From: Burkholderiales bacterium
GTDB taxonomy: Bacteria; Pseudomonadota; Gammaproteobacteria; Burkholderiales; Casimicrobiaceae
Assembly: GCA_020851235.1 (NCBI GenBank)
Contig: JADZDD010000001.1
Location: 54,619-118,618 of the forward strand
DNA length: 64,000 nucleotides
Direction of reading: 5' to 3'
In this document: piece by piece, positions 45,440-54,330 of the stretch
Layout: every line of letters starts with the position of its first letter
Position numbering within the stretch: the stretch's first letter is position 1
The notes under the pieces: generated by a model
The model's input: only the letters and a program-made list of their open reading frames with translations
The model's database searches: none
Told to the model about the DNA's origin: nothing
Program-made: the position numbers and the translations under genes

Positions 45440-46267
45440 GTGACACCCGACCTCCACGCGCATTCCACCGCGTCCGACGGCTTGCTGACGCCGGCCGCGC
45501 TCGTCGCGCGCGCGGCCTCCCGCGGCGTCGACGTCATCGCACTGACCGACCACGACGACACCCTCGGCCTCGCCGCAGCCGGGCAAGCCGCGGCGGCCGC
45601 AGGCATCCGCTTCGTTCCCGGAGTCGAAATCTCGGCGACGTGGGAGCGGCACACGGTCCACGTCGTCGGATTGCACGTCGATGCCACCGATGCCGTCCTC
45701 ACGCAAGGGCTCATGCAGGTGCGTGCCGGGCGCGAGACGCGAGCGCGGCACATCGGACAGGCGCTGGCGCGCGTCGGGATCGGGGGTGCGTACGAAGGTG
45801 CGCGCGAACTCGCGGGCGGCGATCACCTCATCTCGCGCGCGCACTTCGCGCGCTACCTCGTCGCGCAAGGCAAGGCGTCGTCCACCCGCGACGTCTTTCG
45901 CAGCTACCTCGTTCCGGGCAAGCCCGGCCACGTGCCGCACGCCTGGGCGCCACTCGTGGACGCGATCGCCTGGATTCACGCCGCCGGCGGGCAGGCCGTT
46001 CTCGCGCATCCCGGACGCTATGCGGTCACCCCGACCGGCATGCAGCGCCTCCTCGCGACGTTCCGTGACGCGGGCGGCGATGCGCTCGAGGTGATCTCCG
46101 GCACGCACACGCGCACCGAGTGCGAGACCTTTGCCGGCCACGCGCGAAGCTTCGGACTCCTCGCCTCGACCGGCTCCGACTTCCACGGCCCCGACGAGAG
46201 TCCGCACGACCTGGGCAGCCTCCCCGCGCTCATGCCCGGGACGACACCGGTGTGGGCGCGATGGTAG
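45440..46267 (+). CDS. PHP-domain phosphoesterase (TrpH/YciV-like)
   Basis: DLHAHSTASDGLLTPAALVARAASRGVDVIALTDHDT, GVEIS, HVVGL, LAHPGRY and GSDFHGP are PHP metal-binding His/Asp motifs. The GTG start is at 45440. Confidence 0.85.
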   Translation: MTPDLHAHSTASDGLLTPAALVARAASRGVDVIALTDHDDTLGLAAAGQAAAAAGIRFVPGVEISATWERHTVHVVGLHVDATDAVLTQGLMQVRAGRETRARHIGQALARVGIGGAYEGARELAGGDHLISRAHFARYLVAQGKASSTRDVFRSYLVPGKPGHVPHAWAPLVDAIAWIHAAGGQAVLAHPGRYAVTPTGMQRLLATFRDAGGDALEVISGTHTRTECETFAGHARSFGLLASTGSDFHGPDESPHDLGSLPALMPGTTPVWARW

Positions 46268-47109
46268 GCAACGGCAGCGGCCGGCGCGACAAGCGCACGG
46301 TGTTCTTCATCTCGGATCGCACCGGCATCACGGTGGAGATGCTCGGCAACAGCCTGCTCACGCAGTTCGACCAGTTCGACTTCGAGCGCGTGACGTTGCC
46401 GTTCGTCGACACCCCCGAGCGCGTCGCCGATGCCGTGCGCGTCGTCAACGAGACGGCGCACGCGGAAGGCCATCGACCGATCGTCATCAGCTCGATCGTC
46501 GACGAGGCGATGAGCGAGATCGTGCGCCGGGACGTGGACGCGCTCACACTCGATCTGTTCCAGGTCTTCATCCAACCCCTGGAAAGCGAGTTGCGCACGA
46601 AGAGTTCGCACGCGGCCGGGCGCTCGCACGGGATCGCCAACAGCCACGGCTACTTCGCGCGCATGGAGGCGATCGCCTTTGCGCAGTCGCACGACGACGG
46701 CGCGAGCACGCGCGAACTCGACAAGGCGCAGGTCGTGCTCGTCGGCGTCTCGCGCTGCGGCAAGACGCCGACCTCGCTCTATCTCGCGCTCCAGTTCGGC
46801 ATCCGCGCCGCCAATTTTCCCCTCACCCCCGAGGACTTCGCGGCACGCCGGCTGCCGGCCTCGATCGTTCCCTTTCGCGCCAAGCTCTTTGGGCTCACCA
46901 TCCAGCCGCAGCGACTCCACGAGATCCGCGAGGAGCGTCGGCCGCACAGCAAGTACGCCGCGGTCGACCACTGCCGGCACGAGGTGCGCGAGGCCGAGGC
47001 GCTGATGATCCGCGAGAACATTCCGATGCTCGACACGACGACGAAGTCGATCGAGGAGATCGCCACGACGATCCTGCATCGCGCGCGATTGCAGCGGCAC
47101 ATCTACTAG
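46261..47109 (+). CDS. ppsR: PEP synthase regulatory protein (bifunctional kinase/pyrophosphorylase, DUF299)
   Basis: RTVFFISDRTGITVEMLGNSLLTQF, VVLVGVSRCGKTPTSLYLA (P-loop) and IPMLDTTTKSIEEIA are present. The ATG overlaps the PHP stop (ATGGTAG). Confidence 0.9.
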   Translation: MVGNGSGRRDKRTVFFISDRTGITVEMLGNSLLTQFDQFDFERVTLPFVDTPERVADAVRVVNETAHAEGHRPIVISSIVDEAMSEIVRRDVDALTLDLFQVFIQPLESELRTKSSHAAGRSHGIANSHGYFARMEAIAFAQSHDDGASTRELDKAQVVLVGVSRCGKTPTSLYLALQFGIRAANFPLTPEDFAARRLPASIVPFRAKLFGLTIQPQRLHEIREERRPHSKYAAVDHCRHEVREAEALMIRENIPMLDTTTKSIEEIATTILHRARLQRHIY

Positions 47110-47139
47110 GTGCGCCGAGGTGTCCTGGCGGCGCGCGGC

Positions 47140-47973
47140 TCAAAGGCCGTAGAAGCGACGCGCGGTCCCACCCAGGAGCCATCCGCGTTCGACTGCCGAA
47201 AGCCCGGCGGCGAGTTCGAGGGTGGCGGCACGCCAGCGTTCGTACGTGCCCGCGAGATTGACGACCGGCCAGTCGCTGCCCCACATGAGGCGTTGCGCGC
47301 CGAAGCACTCGACCAGGTGATCGAAGTAGCGGCGCAGGATCGCCGGAGTCCAACCGGGACCCGCTTCGGTGACGAGCCCCGAGATCTTGCAGCAGACGTG
47401 AGGGTGTGCGGCGATGGCGCGCATCTGACTCGCCCAAGGCTCCCACTCGCCGGCGCGAATGTCGGGCTTCGCGGCGTGATCGACGACGACGGCGAGGTCG
47501 GGGTGGCGCTCCAGGAGCGTCGGTAGCGCGCCGCGTTGCGCCCGCTTGACGAGGGCGTCGAAGCGCAAGCCAAGACGCGGCAGTGCGGCGAGCGCGCGCC
47601 CCACGTCGGCGCGCAGGATCCAGCCGGGATCGGGCAGGTCCTGCAGCATCGGACGGACGCCCTTGAGCAACGGGTCGCCGGCGAGATCGGTGAGCGTTGC
47701 GATCGCCTCGGGGTCGGCGAGATCGACCCAGCCGACCACGCCTCGGACAAGCCCGCCGCCTTCGCGTGCGACATCGAGGAGGTAGCGCGTCTCGGCAACG
47801 GTTGGCGCGGCCTGGACCAGGATCGTCGCGCCGATTCCGGCTGCAGTGAATGCCGGCCGGGCATCGGCCAGCGAAAAATCGCGATGGATCGGCGCCAGGT
47901 CCACAGTGAGCCAGCCGTAGTCGCCGCGGGCGAGCGACCAGACGTGATGGTGCGCGTCGACGTCGGTGCTCAC
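47140..47973 (-). CDS. Amidohydrolase-2 family protein (sugar lactonase-like, e.g. fuconolactonase type)
   Basis: VDAHHHVW, VVDHAAKP and WGSDWPV are the metal-binding motifs of the PF04909-type lactonases/decarboxylases. The GTG start overlaps the upstream stop (GTGA). Confidence 0.85.
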   Translation of the reverse strand: MSTDVDAHHHVWSLARGDYGWLTVDLAPIHRDFSLADARPAFTAAGIGATILVQAAPTVAETRYLLDVAREGGGLVRGVVGWVDLADPEAIATLTDLAGDPLLKGVRPMLQDLPDPGWILRADVGRALAALPRLGLRFDALVKRAQRGALPTLLERHPDLAVVVDHAAKPDIRAGEWEPWASQMRAIAAHPHVCCKISGLVTEAGPGWTPAILRRYFDHLVECFGAQRLMWGSDWPVVNLAGTYERWRAATLELAAGLSAVERGWLLGGTARRFYGL

Positions 47974-48995
47974 GGCGCGGCAGGCGGCAGTGGCGCGTCG
48001 GCCGCGACGAGTCCGCGCCCCTGCAGTTCATGCCAGAAAGCGGCAGGGATGGGGAACCGACGCATGGTCACGAGGTCGTCGACTTCCTCCTCGCTGCGCG
48101 CCCCCGCGAGCACCGTCGCGGCCGCCGGATGCGCCGCGACGAACTGCAAGGCCGCGGCCCGCAGCGGCACGTGGTGACGCGCGCACACCGCTTCGATGGC
48201 AGCGACGCGCGCAACGATCGCGGCGGGCGCCGGGGCGTAGTCGAAATACGCGACGTCGCCGGCGCGCGGGTGCGCGCCGGTGGCGAGGATGCCCGAGTTG
48301 TACGGCCCGCCCAGGACGAGGGCCACGCCGCGCCGCCGGCAGGCGGGCAGCAACGTCGCCGCGGCCGAGGTGTCGGCGAGCGTGTAGCGACCGGCGAGGA
48401 GGATCACGTCGAGGTCGGCGTGCTGCAGCACGTCGTGACAGATCGCAACGCCATTGACTCCGATGCCGTAGCCTGCGATGTCGCCGCGACGCTTCAACTC
48501 GGCCAGCGCCGGCAGGCCGCTGTCGAGAAGGTCGCGGTAATGCCGCTCGAACGCGGCACCGTGCGTGGCGCGATCGAGATCGTGCACGTAGACGATGTCG
48601 ATGCGCTCGATGCCGAGCCGGACACGACTTGCCGCAAGCGAGCGCAGCACGCCTGCTCGCGAATAGTCGTAGCTCTGCACGTACGGTGGCAGGTCGACGT
48701 AGCCGTGCTGCGTGGCGGCGGCGTCCGGCGCCGCATGCAGCAAGCGACCGACCTTGGTCGACAGCAGATACTCCCCTCGCGGCCGCGCCCGCAGCGCGGC
48801 GCCGAAACGCCGCTCGGAGAGCCCGTTGCCATAGTGCGGCGCGGTGTCGAAATAGCGGATGCCGCGTTGCCACGCGCGATCGAGCAGCGCCTGCGCGGCA
48901 ACATCGGTGACGGGCCGGAAGAGGTTGCCGAGCGGCGCCCCACCGAGTGCCACGGCGGCCGTCGCCGTGGCTTGCCGAAGTCGATTTCCAAGCAC
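47970..48995 (-). CDS. Aldo/keto reductase (aldose 1-dehydrogenase-like)
   Basis: GIRYFDTAPHYGNGLSERRFG, LSTKVG and IVYVHD are AKR catalytic Asp/Tyr/Lys/His context. Length is 341 aa. Confidence 0.88.
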   Translation of the reverse strand: MLGNRLRQATATAAVALGGAPLGNLFRPVTDVAAQALLDRAWQRGIRYFDTAPHYGNGLSERRFGAALRARPRGEYLLSTKVGRLLHAAPDAAATQHGYVDLPPYVQSYDYSRAGVLRSLAASRVRLGIERIDIVYVHDLDRATHGAAFERHYRDLLDSGLPALAELKRRGDIAGYGIGVNGVAICHDVLQHADLDVILLAGRYTLADTSAAATLLPACRRRGVALVLGGPYNSGILATGAHPRAGDVAYFDYAPAPAAIVARVAAIEAVCARHHVPLRAAALQFVAAHPAAATVLAGARSEEEVDDLVTMRRFPIPAAFWHELQGRGLVAADAPLPPAAP

Positions 48996-49106
48996 TGGTT
49001 GCGCGCTAACATGTCAGTCGCTAGACTGCGCCCATCCTACGCGACCGGTGCACGCACGTGCAAGCCGACTCGCGAGGCTCTTCGCTTTCGCCAAGGAGAT
49101 TTGCCG

Positions 49107-50099
49107 ATGGAACGTACGCGTCGTTTGGCTCTCGCTGCGCCCGCCCTCGTCGTGGCGGCCCTTGCCTGGCCGGTGAGCACGCTCGCGCAGGAAATCGTGC
49201 TGCGCTGGTCGGACGTGGTCCCGGCCTCGCACCCGTCGGTGCAGATGATCGACCGCATCGCCGCCGAAGTGAAGGCGAAGTCCGGCGGGCGCATCGCGAT
49301 CCAGTCGTTTCCGGGCGGCCAGCTCGGCTCGTCGCGGGACACCATCGAGGCGGTGGCCAACGGCACGCAGCAACTCGTGACCGAAGGTGCCGCGAACTTC
49401 GGCGCCTGGGTCCCCGCGATCTCGGTCGTCGAGAGTCCGTACATCTGGCGCGACGGCGATCACCTGGTGAAGGCCATGGCGGGCCCCGTCGGCAAGGCGT
49501 TCAACGACGAGCTCATCGCCAAGCGCGGCATGCGCATCCTGGGCACGACCTACTACGGCACGCGCCACCTCACGACGACGAACAAGGAAGTGCGCACGCC
49601 GGCGGACCTCGTGGGCTTCAAGCTGCGCGTGCCCGAGAACGACGTGTTCAAGGCCATGGCCGAGGCCTGGGGCGCACGGCCGACGCCGATGAACTTCGGC
49701 GAGCTCTATCTCGCGCTCAAGCAGGGCGCGGTCGACGGTCAGGAGAATCCGCTGCCGACGATCAAGTCGGGGAAGTTCGACGAGGTGCAGAAGTATCTCG
49801 TGCTCACCGCGCACATCGTCACGCCGCGCATCATTGTCGTGAACGAGAATTTCTGGAAGGGCCTCAAGCCCGCCGACCAGAAGATCATCCAGGATGCGAT
49901 CGACGCCGGCATCAAGTGGCAGAACGCCGAGCTCGCGAACCAGGAGAAGGCCCTCGTCGAGGCGTTCAAGGCGAGCGGGATGACGGTCATCCCGGTGGAC
50001 ATCGAGGCGTTTCGCAAGCCGGTGGTCAACGCCGTGGTGCCCAAGTTCGAGGCGCGCTGGGGCAAGGGCACGTACGAGAAGCTGCAGCAGATCAAGTGA
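49107..50099 (+). CDS. dctP: TRAP transporter substrate-binding protein (DctP family)
   Basis: A signal peptide is followed by LRWSDVVPASHP... and RVPENDVFKAMAEAWGARPTPMNFGELYLALKQGAVDGQENPL. The SD AAGGAG lies 8 nt before the ATG. Confidence 0.9.
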   Translation: MERTRRLALAAPALVVAALAWPVSTLAQEIVLRWSDVVPASHPSVQMIDRIAAEVKAKSGGRIAIQSFPGGQLGSSRDTIEAVANGTQQLVTEGAANFGAWVPAISVVESPYIWRDGDHLVKAMAGPVGKAFNDELIAKRGMRILGTTYYGTRHLTTTNKEVRTPADLVGFKLRVPENDVFKAMAEAWGARPTPMNFGELYLALKQGAVDGQENPLPTIKSGKFDEVQKYLVLTAHIVTPRIIVVNENFWKGLKPADQKIIQDAIDAGIKWQNAELANQEKALVEAFKASGMTVIPVDIEAFRKPVVNAVVPKFEARWGKGTYEKLQQIK

Positions 50100-50106
50100 G
50101 GCAGGC

Positions 50107-50601
50107 GTGAAGGCGGCGCTACGGCTCGCCGAGCGCGCGATCGACGCTGCCGCGATCGCCAGCTTCACCGGGATCCTCCTGTGCGTGCTGGCGCAGGTGA
50201 TCTTTCGTTACGCGCTCAACGATCCCCTCACCTGGAGCGAGGAGCTCGCACGCTATCTGTTCATCTGGTGCGCGTTTCTGGGCTGGATCATCGCTTCGCG
50301 CCGCCGCAGCCATCTCGCGATGACCTTCGTCGTCGAGCGGCTGCCGGCGCCGGCCCAGACCGCCACCGCCGTCGCGATCCAGGGCGCCACCCTCCTCTTC
50401 GCCTGGCTCCTGGGCTCGCGCGGCGTTGCCCTCGTGCGCAACAACTGGGACGTCGAGAACGTGGCGGTTCCGTTCAATCTCGGCGTCGTCTATCTCATCG
50501 AGCCGATCGCCGCGCTGGCGATCGCGGTGTACGCGCTCATCGCGCTCGCCGAGGTGCTGCGTGGCCGGCGCGTGCCGACGGTGGGCGGCGATCCCGCGTG
50601 A
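50107..50601 (+). CDS. dctQ: TRAP transporter small permease (DctQ family)
   Basis: A four-TM, 164-aa protein between dctP and dctM, with the motif LTWSEELARYLFIWCAFLG. Confidence 0.8.
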   Translation: MKAALRLAERAIDAAAIASFTGILLCVLAQVIFRYALNDPLTWSEELARYLFIWCAFLGWIIASRRRSHLAMTFVVERLPAPAQTATAVAIQGATLLFAWLLGSRGVALVRNNWDVENVAVPFNLGVVYLIEPIAALAIAVYALIALAEVLRGRRVPTVGGDPA

Positions 50602-50611
50602 AGGTGCTGCG

Positions 50612-51898
50612 TTGACCACGCTCATGCTGTCGATCCTCGCGGTGTGGTTCGTCGCGATCTTCCTCGGGCCGCCGCTGTGGCTCGCGATGTCGCTCGCCGG
50701 CTGGGCGTTCCTCGTGCTCGCCGGGATTCCGGACCTCGCGCTCGCGCAGCGCATCGCCAAGGCCGCGGATTCGTTTCCGCTCCTTGCCGCACCCCTGTTC
50801 ATCCTGATGGGCAACGTCATGAACACCGCCGGAATCACGCGGCGGATCTTTCGCTTTGCGACGGTGTGCGTGGGCTGGATGCGAGGCGGCCTGTGCCACG
50901 CCAACATCGTGGCCAGCGTCTTTTTTGCCGGCACCTCGGGCTCGGCCGTCGCCGACGCCGGTGGGCTCGGCACGCTCGAGATCAAGGCGATGACCGACGA
51001 GGGGTACTCGGTCGACATCGCCGCCGCGGTCACCGCGTCGTCGGCGACCATCGGCCCCATCATTCCGCCGTCGCTGCCGATGATCGTCTACGGCGTCTCG
51101 GCCGAGACGTCGATCGGCGGCCTGTTTCTCGCCGGCGTCGTGCCGGGCGTGCTGATGGCGGGCGCGCTCATGCTCATGGTTCGGGCCATCGCCCGCAAGC
51201 TCGACTTGCCGCGGCACCCCTTTCCGGGGCTGCGCGACCTGTGGCGTGCGTTCCTCGATGCGTTCTGGGCTCTGATGACACCGGTGATCCTCTTTGCCGG
51301 CCTCTTCGGCGGTGTCTTCACGCCCACCGAAGCGGCCGGCGTCGCCGTCGCGTACGCGATCGTGCTGGGGCTCTTCATCTACCGCGACTTCCGCCTCGCC
51401 GACCTGCCCCGCATCATCCTCGATACCGTCGAGACGACGGGTGTGGTGCTCGCTCTCGTGATGTCCGCCGCCCTGCTCGCGTACTGCCTCGCGCTGTCGC
51501 AGGTACCGCAGGCGGCCGGTGCGTACCTGACGAGCCTCGCGGCGAGCCCCGTCGTCTTTCTCCTGCTCGTCAACGTCATCCTCCTCGTCGTCGGCTGCTT
51601 CATGGAGGGTCTCGCGGCAATGCTGATCCTGATTCCGATTCTGGTGCCGGTCGCGCTCAAACTCGGCGTCGATCCGATCCAGTTCGGCCTCATCTTCGTG
51701 CTCAACCTCATGATCGGCACGATCACACCCCCGGTAGGCATCGTGCTCTACGTCACGGCGAAGGTTGCGAACATCTCCTTCGAGCGGGTGACGCGCGCCA
51801 CGATGCCGTTCCTCGCACCGCTGCTCGTCGTCCTGCTGCTGGTCACGCTCTTTCCGCCGTTGTCGACATGGCTTCCCGAGCTCCTGCTCACGCGATGA
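50612..51898 (+). CDS. dctM: TRAP transporter large permease (DctM family)
   Basis: A 428-aa polytopic membrane protein with LFILMGNVMNTAGITRRIF and FFAGTSGSAVADAGGLG motifs. The start is TTG 50612 or ATG 50624. Confidence 0.9.
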   Translation: MTTLMLSILAVWFVAIFLGPPLWLAMSLAGWAFLVLAGIPDLALAQRIAKAADSFPLLAAPLFILMGNVMNTAGITRRIFRFATVCVGWMRGGLCHANIVASVFFAGTSGSAVADAGGLGTLEIKAMTDEGYSVDIAAAVTASSATIGPIIPPSLPMIVYGVSAETSIGGLFLAGVVPGVLMAGALMLMVRAIARKLDLPRHPFPGLRDLWRAFLDAFWALMTPVILFAGLFGGVFTPTEAAGVAVAYAIVLGLFIYRDFRLADLPRIILDTVETTGVVLALVMSAALLAYCLALSQVPQAAGAYLTSLAASPVVFLLLVNVILLVVGCFMEGLAAMLILIPILVPVALKLGVDPIQFGLIFVLNLMIGTITPPVGIVLYVTAKVANISFERVTRATMPFLAPLLVVLLLVTLFPPLSTWLPELLLTR

Positions 51899-52569
51899 GG
51901 GCCCTTGCACCGCGAGCCGCGGCGCCGCAACGGCAGTTGCGCTGGCAGGCCTACGACCGCTTCCAGCAGCAACTCCTGGCGGCGCGCATCCGCCCCGGAC
52001 AGTTCGTCTCGCAACGCGAGCTGGCCGCGCTCATCGGGCTGCCGCTGGGAGCGGTCCGCGAAGTGATCCCGCGCCTGGAAGCCGAGCGCCTGCTCGTCAC
52101 CGTCCCGCAGCGCGGGCTGCAGATCGCCAACGTCGACGTGAAGCTCGTGCGTAACGCCTTCCAGCTCCGGGTGGCGCTGGAGAAGGAAGCCACCGCGCAG
52201 TTCGCGCTCACGGCAACCGCGGCGCAACTCGATGCGCTCGAGGCGGCGCATCGCGACATTCTCCGACGCGCCGCGCGACGGATGTCCCCGGCCCTGCTCG
52301 ACGCCGCGCAGGCGGTCGACTGGGGCCTGCACGACACGATGATCGACGCCCTCGGCAACGAGATCATCTCGTCGATCTATCGTGTGAACAGCCTGCGCAT
52401 CCGACTCATCCGGCTCGATCGCGTGACCTTGAGCACCGATTCGCTGCAGCCAGCGATGGAGGAGCACCTGAGTCTGCTCGCCGCGCTGCGCGCGCGCGAT
52501 CCGGAACGCGCCATCGCTGCCATCGAAGCCCATCTCACCCACGCGTGCCACCGCGCGCTGGGTCTTTGA
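51895..52569 (+). CDS. GntR-family transcriptional regulator (FadR/FCD type)
   Basis: The wHTH is GQFVSQRELAALIGLPLGAVREVIPRLEAERLLVTVPQRG, with an all-helical C-terminal domain. The ATGA overlaps the dctM stop. Confidence 0.85.
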   Translation: MRALAPRAAAPQRQLRWQAYDRFQQQLLAARIRPGQFVSQRELAALIGLPLGAVREVIPRLEAERLLVTVPQRGLQIANVDVKLVRNAFQLRVALEKEATAQFALTATAAQLDALEAAHRDILRRAARRMSPALLDAAQAVDWGLHDTMIDALGNEIISSIYRVNSLRIRLIRLDRVTLSTDSLQPAMEEHLSLLAALRARDPERAIAAIEAHLTHACHRALGL

Positions 52570-52579
52570 GGACACCCCC

Positions 52580-53479
52580 ATGCCTTCCCGTTCCCCACGT
52601 CTCGTCGCCGGCTTGTGGTGCGCGACGCTGACGCCATTGACCGCCGACGGCGGCATCGACCACCCGCGCCTGGTCGAGCACGTGCAACACTTGCTGGCGC
52701 ACGGGGTCGCCGGTGCCGCTCCCTTCGGGACGACCGGCGAAGGACCTTCGCTGTCGGTCGCGCAACGACGCGCCGGGATCGACGCCTTGCTTGCCGCCGG
52801 CGTCGCCCCGACACGAATCCTGCCCGGCACCGGTTGCGCGTCGCTGGCGGAGACGATCGAACTCACCCGCCACGCCGTGACCGCGGGTTGCGTGGGGGCG
52901 CTCGTGCTGCCGCCGTTCTTCTGGAAGGCGCCGAGCGACGACGGCATCTTCGCCTGGTACGCACGCATGATCGAGGGCGTGGCGGACGCGCGCCTGCGGG
53001 TGCTCCTCTACCACTTGCCGCAGTTCTCCGCGGTGCCGCTTTCGGTCGACCTCGTCGCGCGCCTCGCCGCCGCATTCCCCGGCACCGTGGCGGGCGTCAA
53101 GGACAGCGGCGGCGACTGGAACCACACGCAAGCACTGCTCGCGCGACTGCCGGAGCTTTCGATCGTCATCGGCCACGAACCCGACCTGCCGCGGCTGATG
53201 CGCGCCGGCGGCGCCGGCACCATCTGCGGCGTTGCCAACGTCTTCCCCGATCTCGTCGCGGCGCTGCTCGCGCCCAACGTGACGGCGCCCACCGAGGCCG
53301 GAATCGCGCGATTCATCGAGATCCTCTTTGCGCAGCCGTTCCTGCCGGCGCTGAAGAGCATCCTCGCCGACCAGCGTCGTGATCCTGCCTGGCGCGCGGT
53401 GTGCCCGCCGCTGGTTGCACTCACTGCCGCGCAGCAGGCGTCACTGCGAGACACGCTGCGCGCTGCCGGGTTTGCGTGA
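52580..53479 (+). CDS. Dihydrodipicolinate synthase-family aldolase (probable 2-keto-3-deoxy-sugar-acid aldolase)
   Basis: FGTTGEGPSLS is the GTTGE motif, LLYHLPQFS carries the Tyr, and GVKDSGGD carries the Schiff-base Lys. Confidence 0.85.
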   Translation: MPSRSPRLVAGLWCATLTPLTADGGIDHPRLVEHVQHLLAHGVAGAAPFGTTGEGPSLSVAQRRAGIDALLAAGVAPTRILPGTGCASLAETIELTRHAVTAGCVGALVLPPFFWKAPSDDGIFAWYARMIEGVADARLRVLLYHLPQFSAVPLSVDLVARLAAAFPGTVAGVKDSGGDWNHTQALLARLPELSIVIGHEPDLPRLMRAGGAGTICGVANVFPDLVAALLAPNVTAPTEAGIARFIEILFAQPFLPALKSILADQRRDPAWRAVCPPLVALTAAQQASLRDTLRAAGFA

Positions 53480-53538
53480 CACGGCGGCACGCCCGACGCT
53501 AGAATGGCCGGCCTGTCTTCCGCGAGCCGCTCCCGACC

Positions 53539-54330
53539 ATGACCGCATTCCTCCGTCTGCGCACGTTGCTCCTCGCCGTCCTCGCTGCCTTCGCCTTCGT
53601 GCGACCCGCGGCGGCCGTCGACTACACCGACATCTGGTGGAATCCGGGCGAGTCGGGCTGGGGCGTCAATTTCATCCAGGCGACCGATTTCATCTTCGCG
53701 ACGTTCTTCATCTACGGGGAGAACCAGCAGCCGACCTGGGTCACCGCACAGCTCACCCGTGGTAGCAGCAACGTGTGGACCGGGCCGTTGTACTACACGA
53801 CGGGGTCGTTCTACGGCGCAGCGTGGAATCCCAACCAGCAAACGACCGCGCAGGTGGGCACCGCCACCTTCGTGCCGACCGATTCGGCCACGGGGCAACT
53901 CACCTACGTCGTCGGCACGGTCACCGTGGTCAAGACGATCACGCGCCAGACGCTCAAGCCGTTCTTCGCCGGCGGCCAGTACGCTGGTGCGGTGCAACTC
54001 GTCTACAGCGGATGTGCGAACAACGGGACCTCGACGTACTGGACGCAACTCACGGTGACGCAGCGCCCGAACGGGTCGATGCGCTTCGCCTGGCTTGCCT
54101 ACGACGCCAACGGCAATCCGTTCACCTTCGCGATGGACGGCGCGTCGGCGCAGCAGGGGGTGCTCTACCGGTTGCCCAATGCGACGTACACCTTCGACGG
54201 GAACACGCTGAGTGCGGACATGTCGCAGATCCGCGTGACGACCCAGGGGATCGAGGGCACCTGGTTCTCGAACTTCGGCCAGGGCTGCACGGAGAGCGGT
54301 TACTTCTCGCTGCTCTGGGTGCAGCCGTAA
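53539..54330 (+). CDS. Hypothetical secreted protein (263 aa), DYTDIWWNPGESGWG family
   Basis: The signal peptide is MTAFLRLRTLLLAVLAAFAFVRPAAA. The mature N-terminus is VDYTDIWWNPGESGWGVNFIQ. GC3 is high. The function is unknown. Confidence 0.7.
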   Translation: MTAFLRLRTLLLAVLAAFAFVRPAAAVDYTDIWWNPGESGWGVNFIQATDFIFATFFIYGENQQPTWVTAQLTRGSSNVWTGPLYYTTGSFYGAAWNPNQQTTAQVGTATFVPTDSATGQLTYVVGTVTVVKTITRQTLKPFFAGGQYAGAVQLVYSGCANNGTSTYWTQLTVTQRPNGSMRFAWLAYDANGNPFTFAMDGASAQQGVLYRLPNATYTFDGNTLSADMSQIRVTTQGIEGTWFSNFGQGCTESGYFSLLWVQP

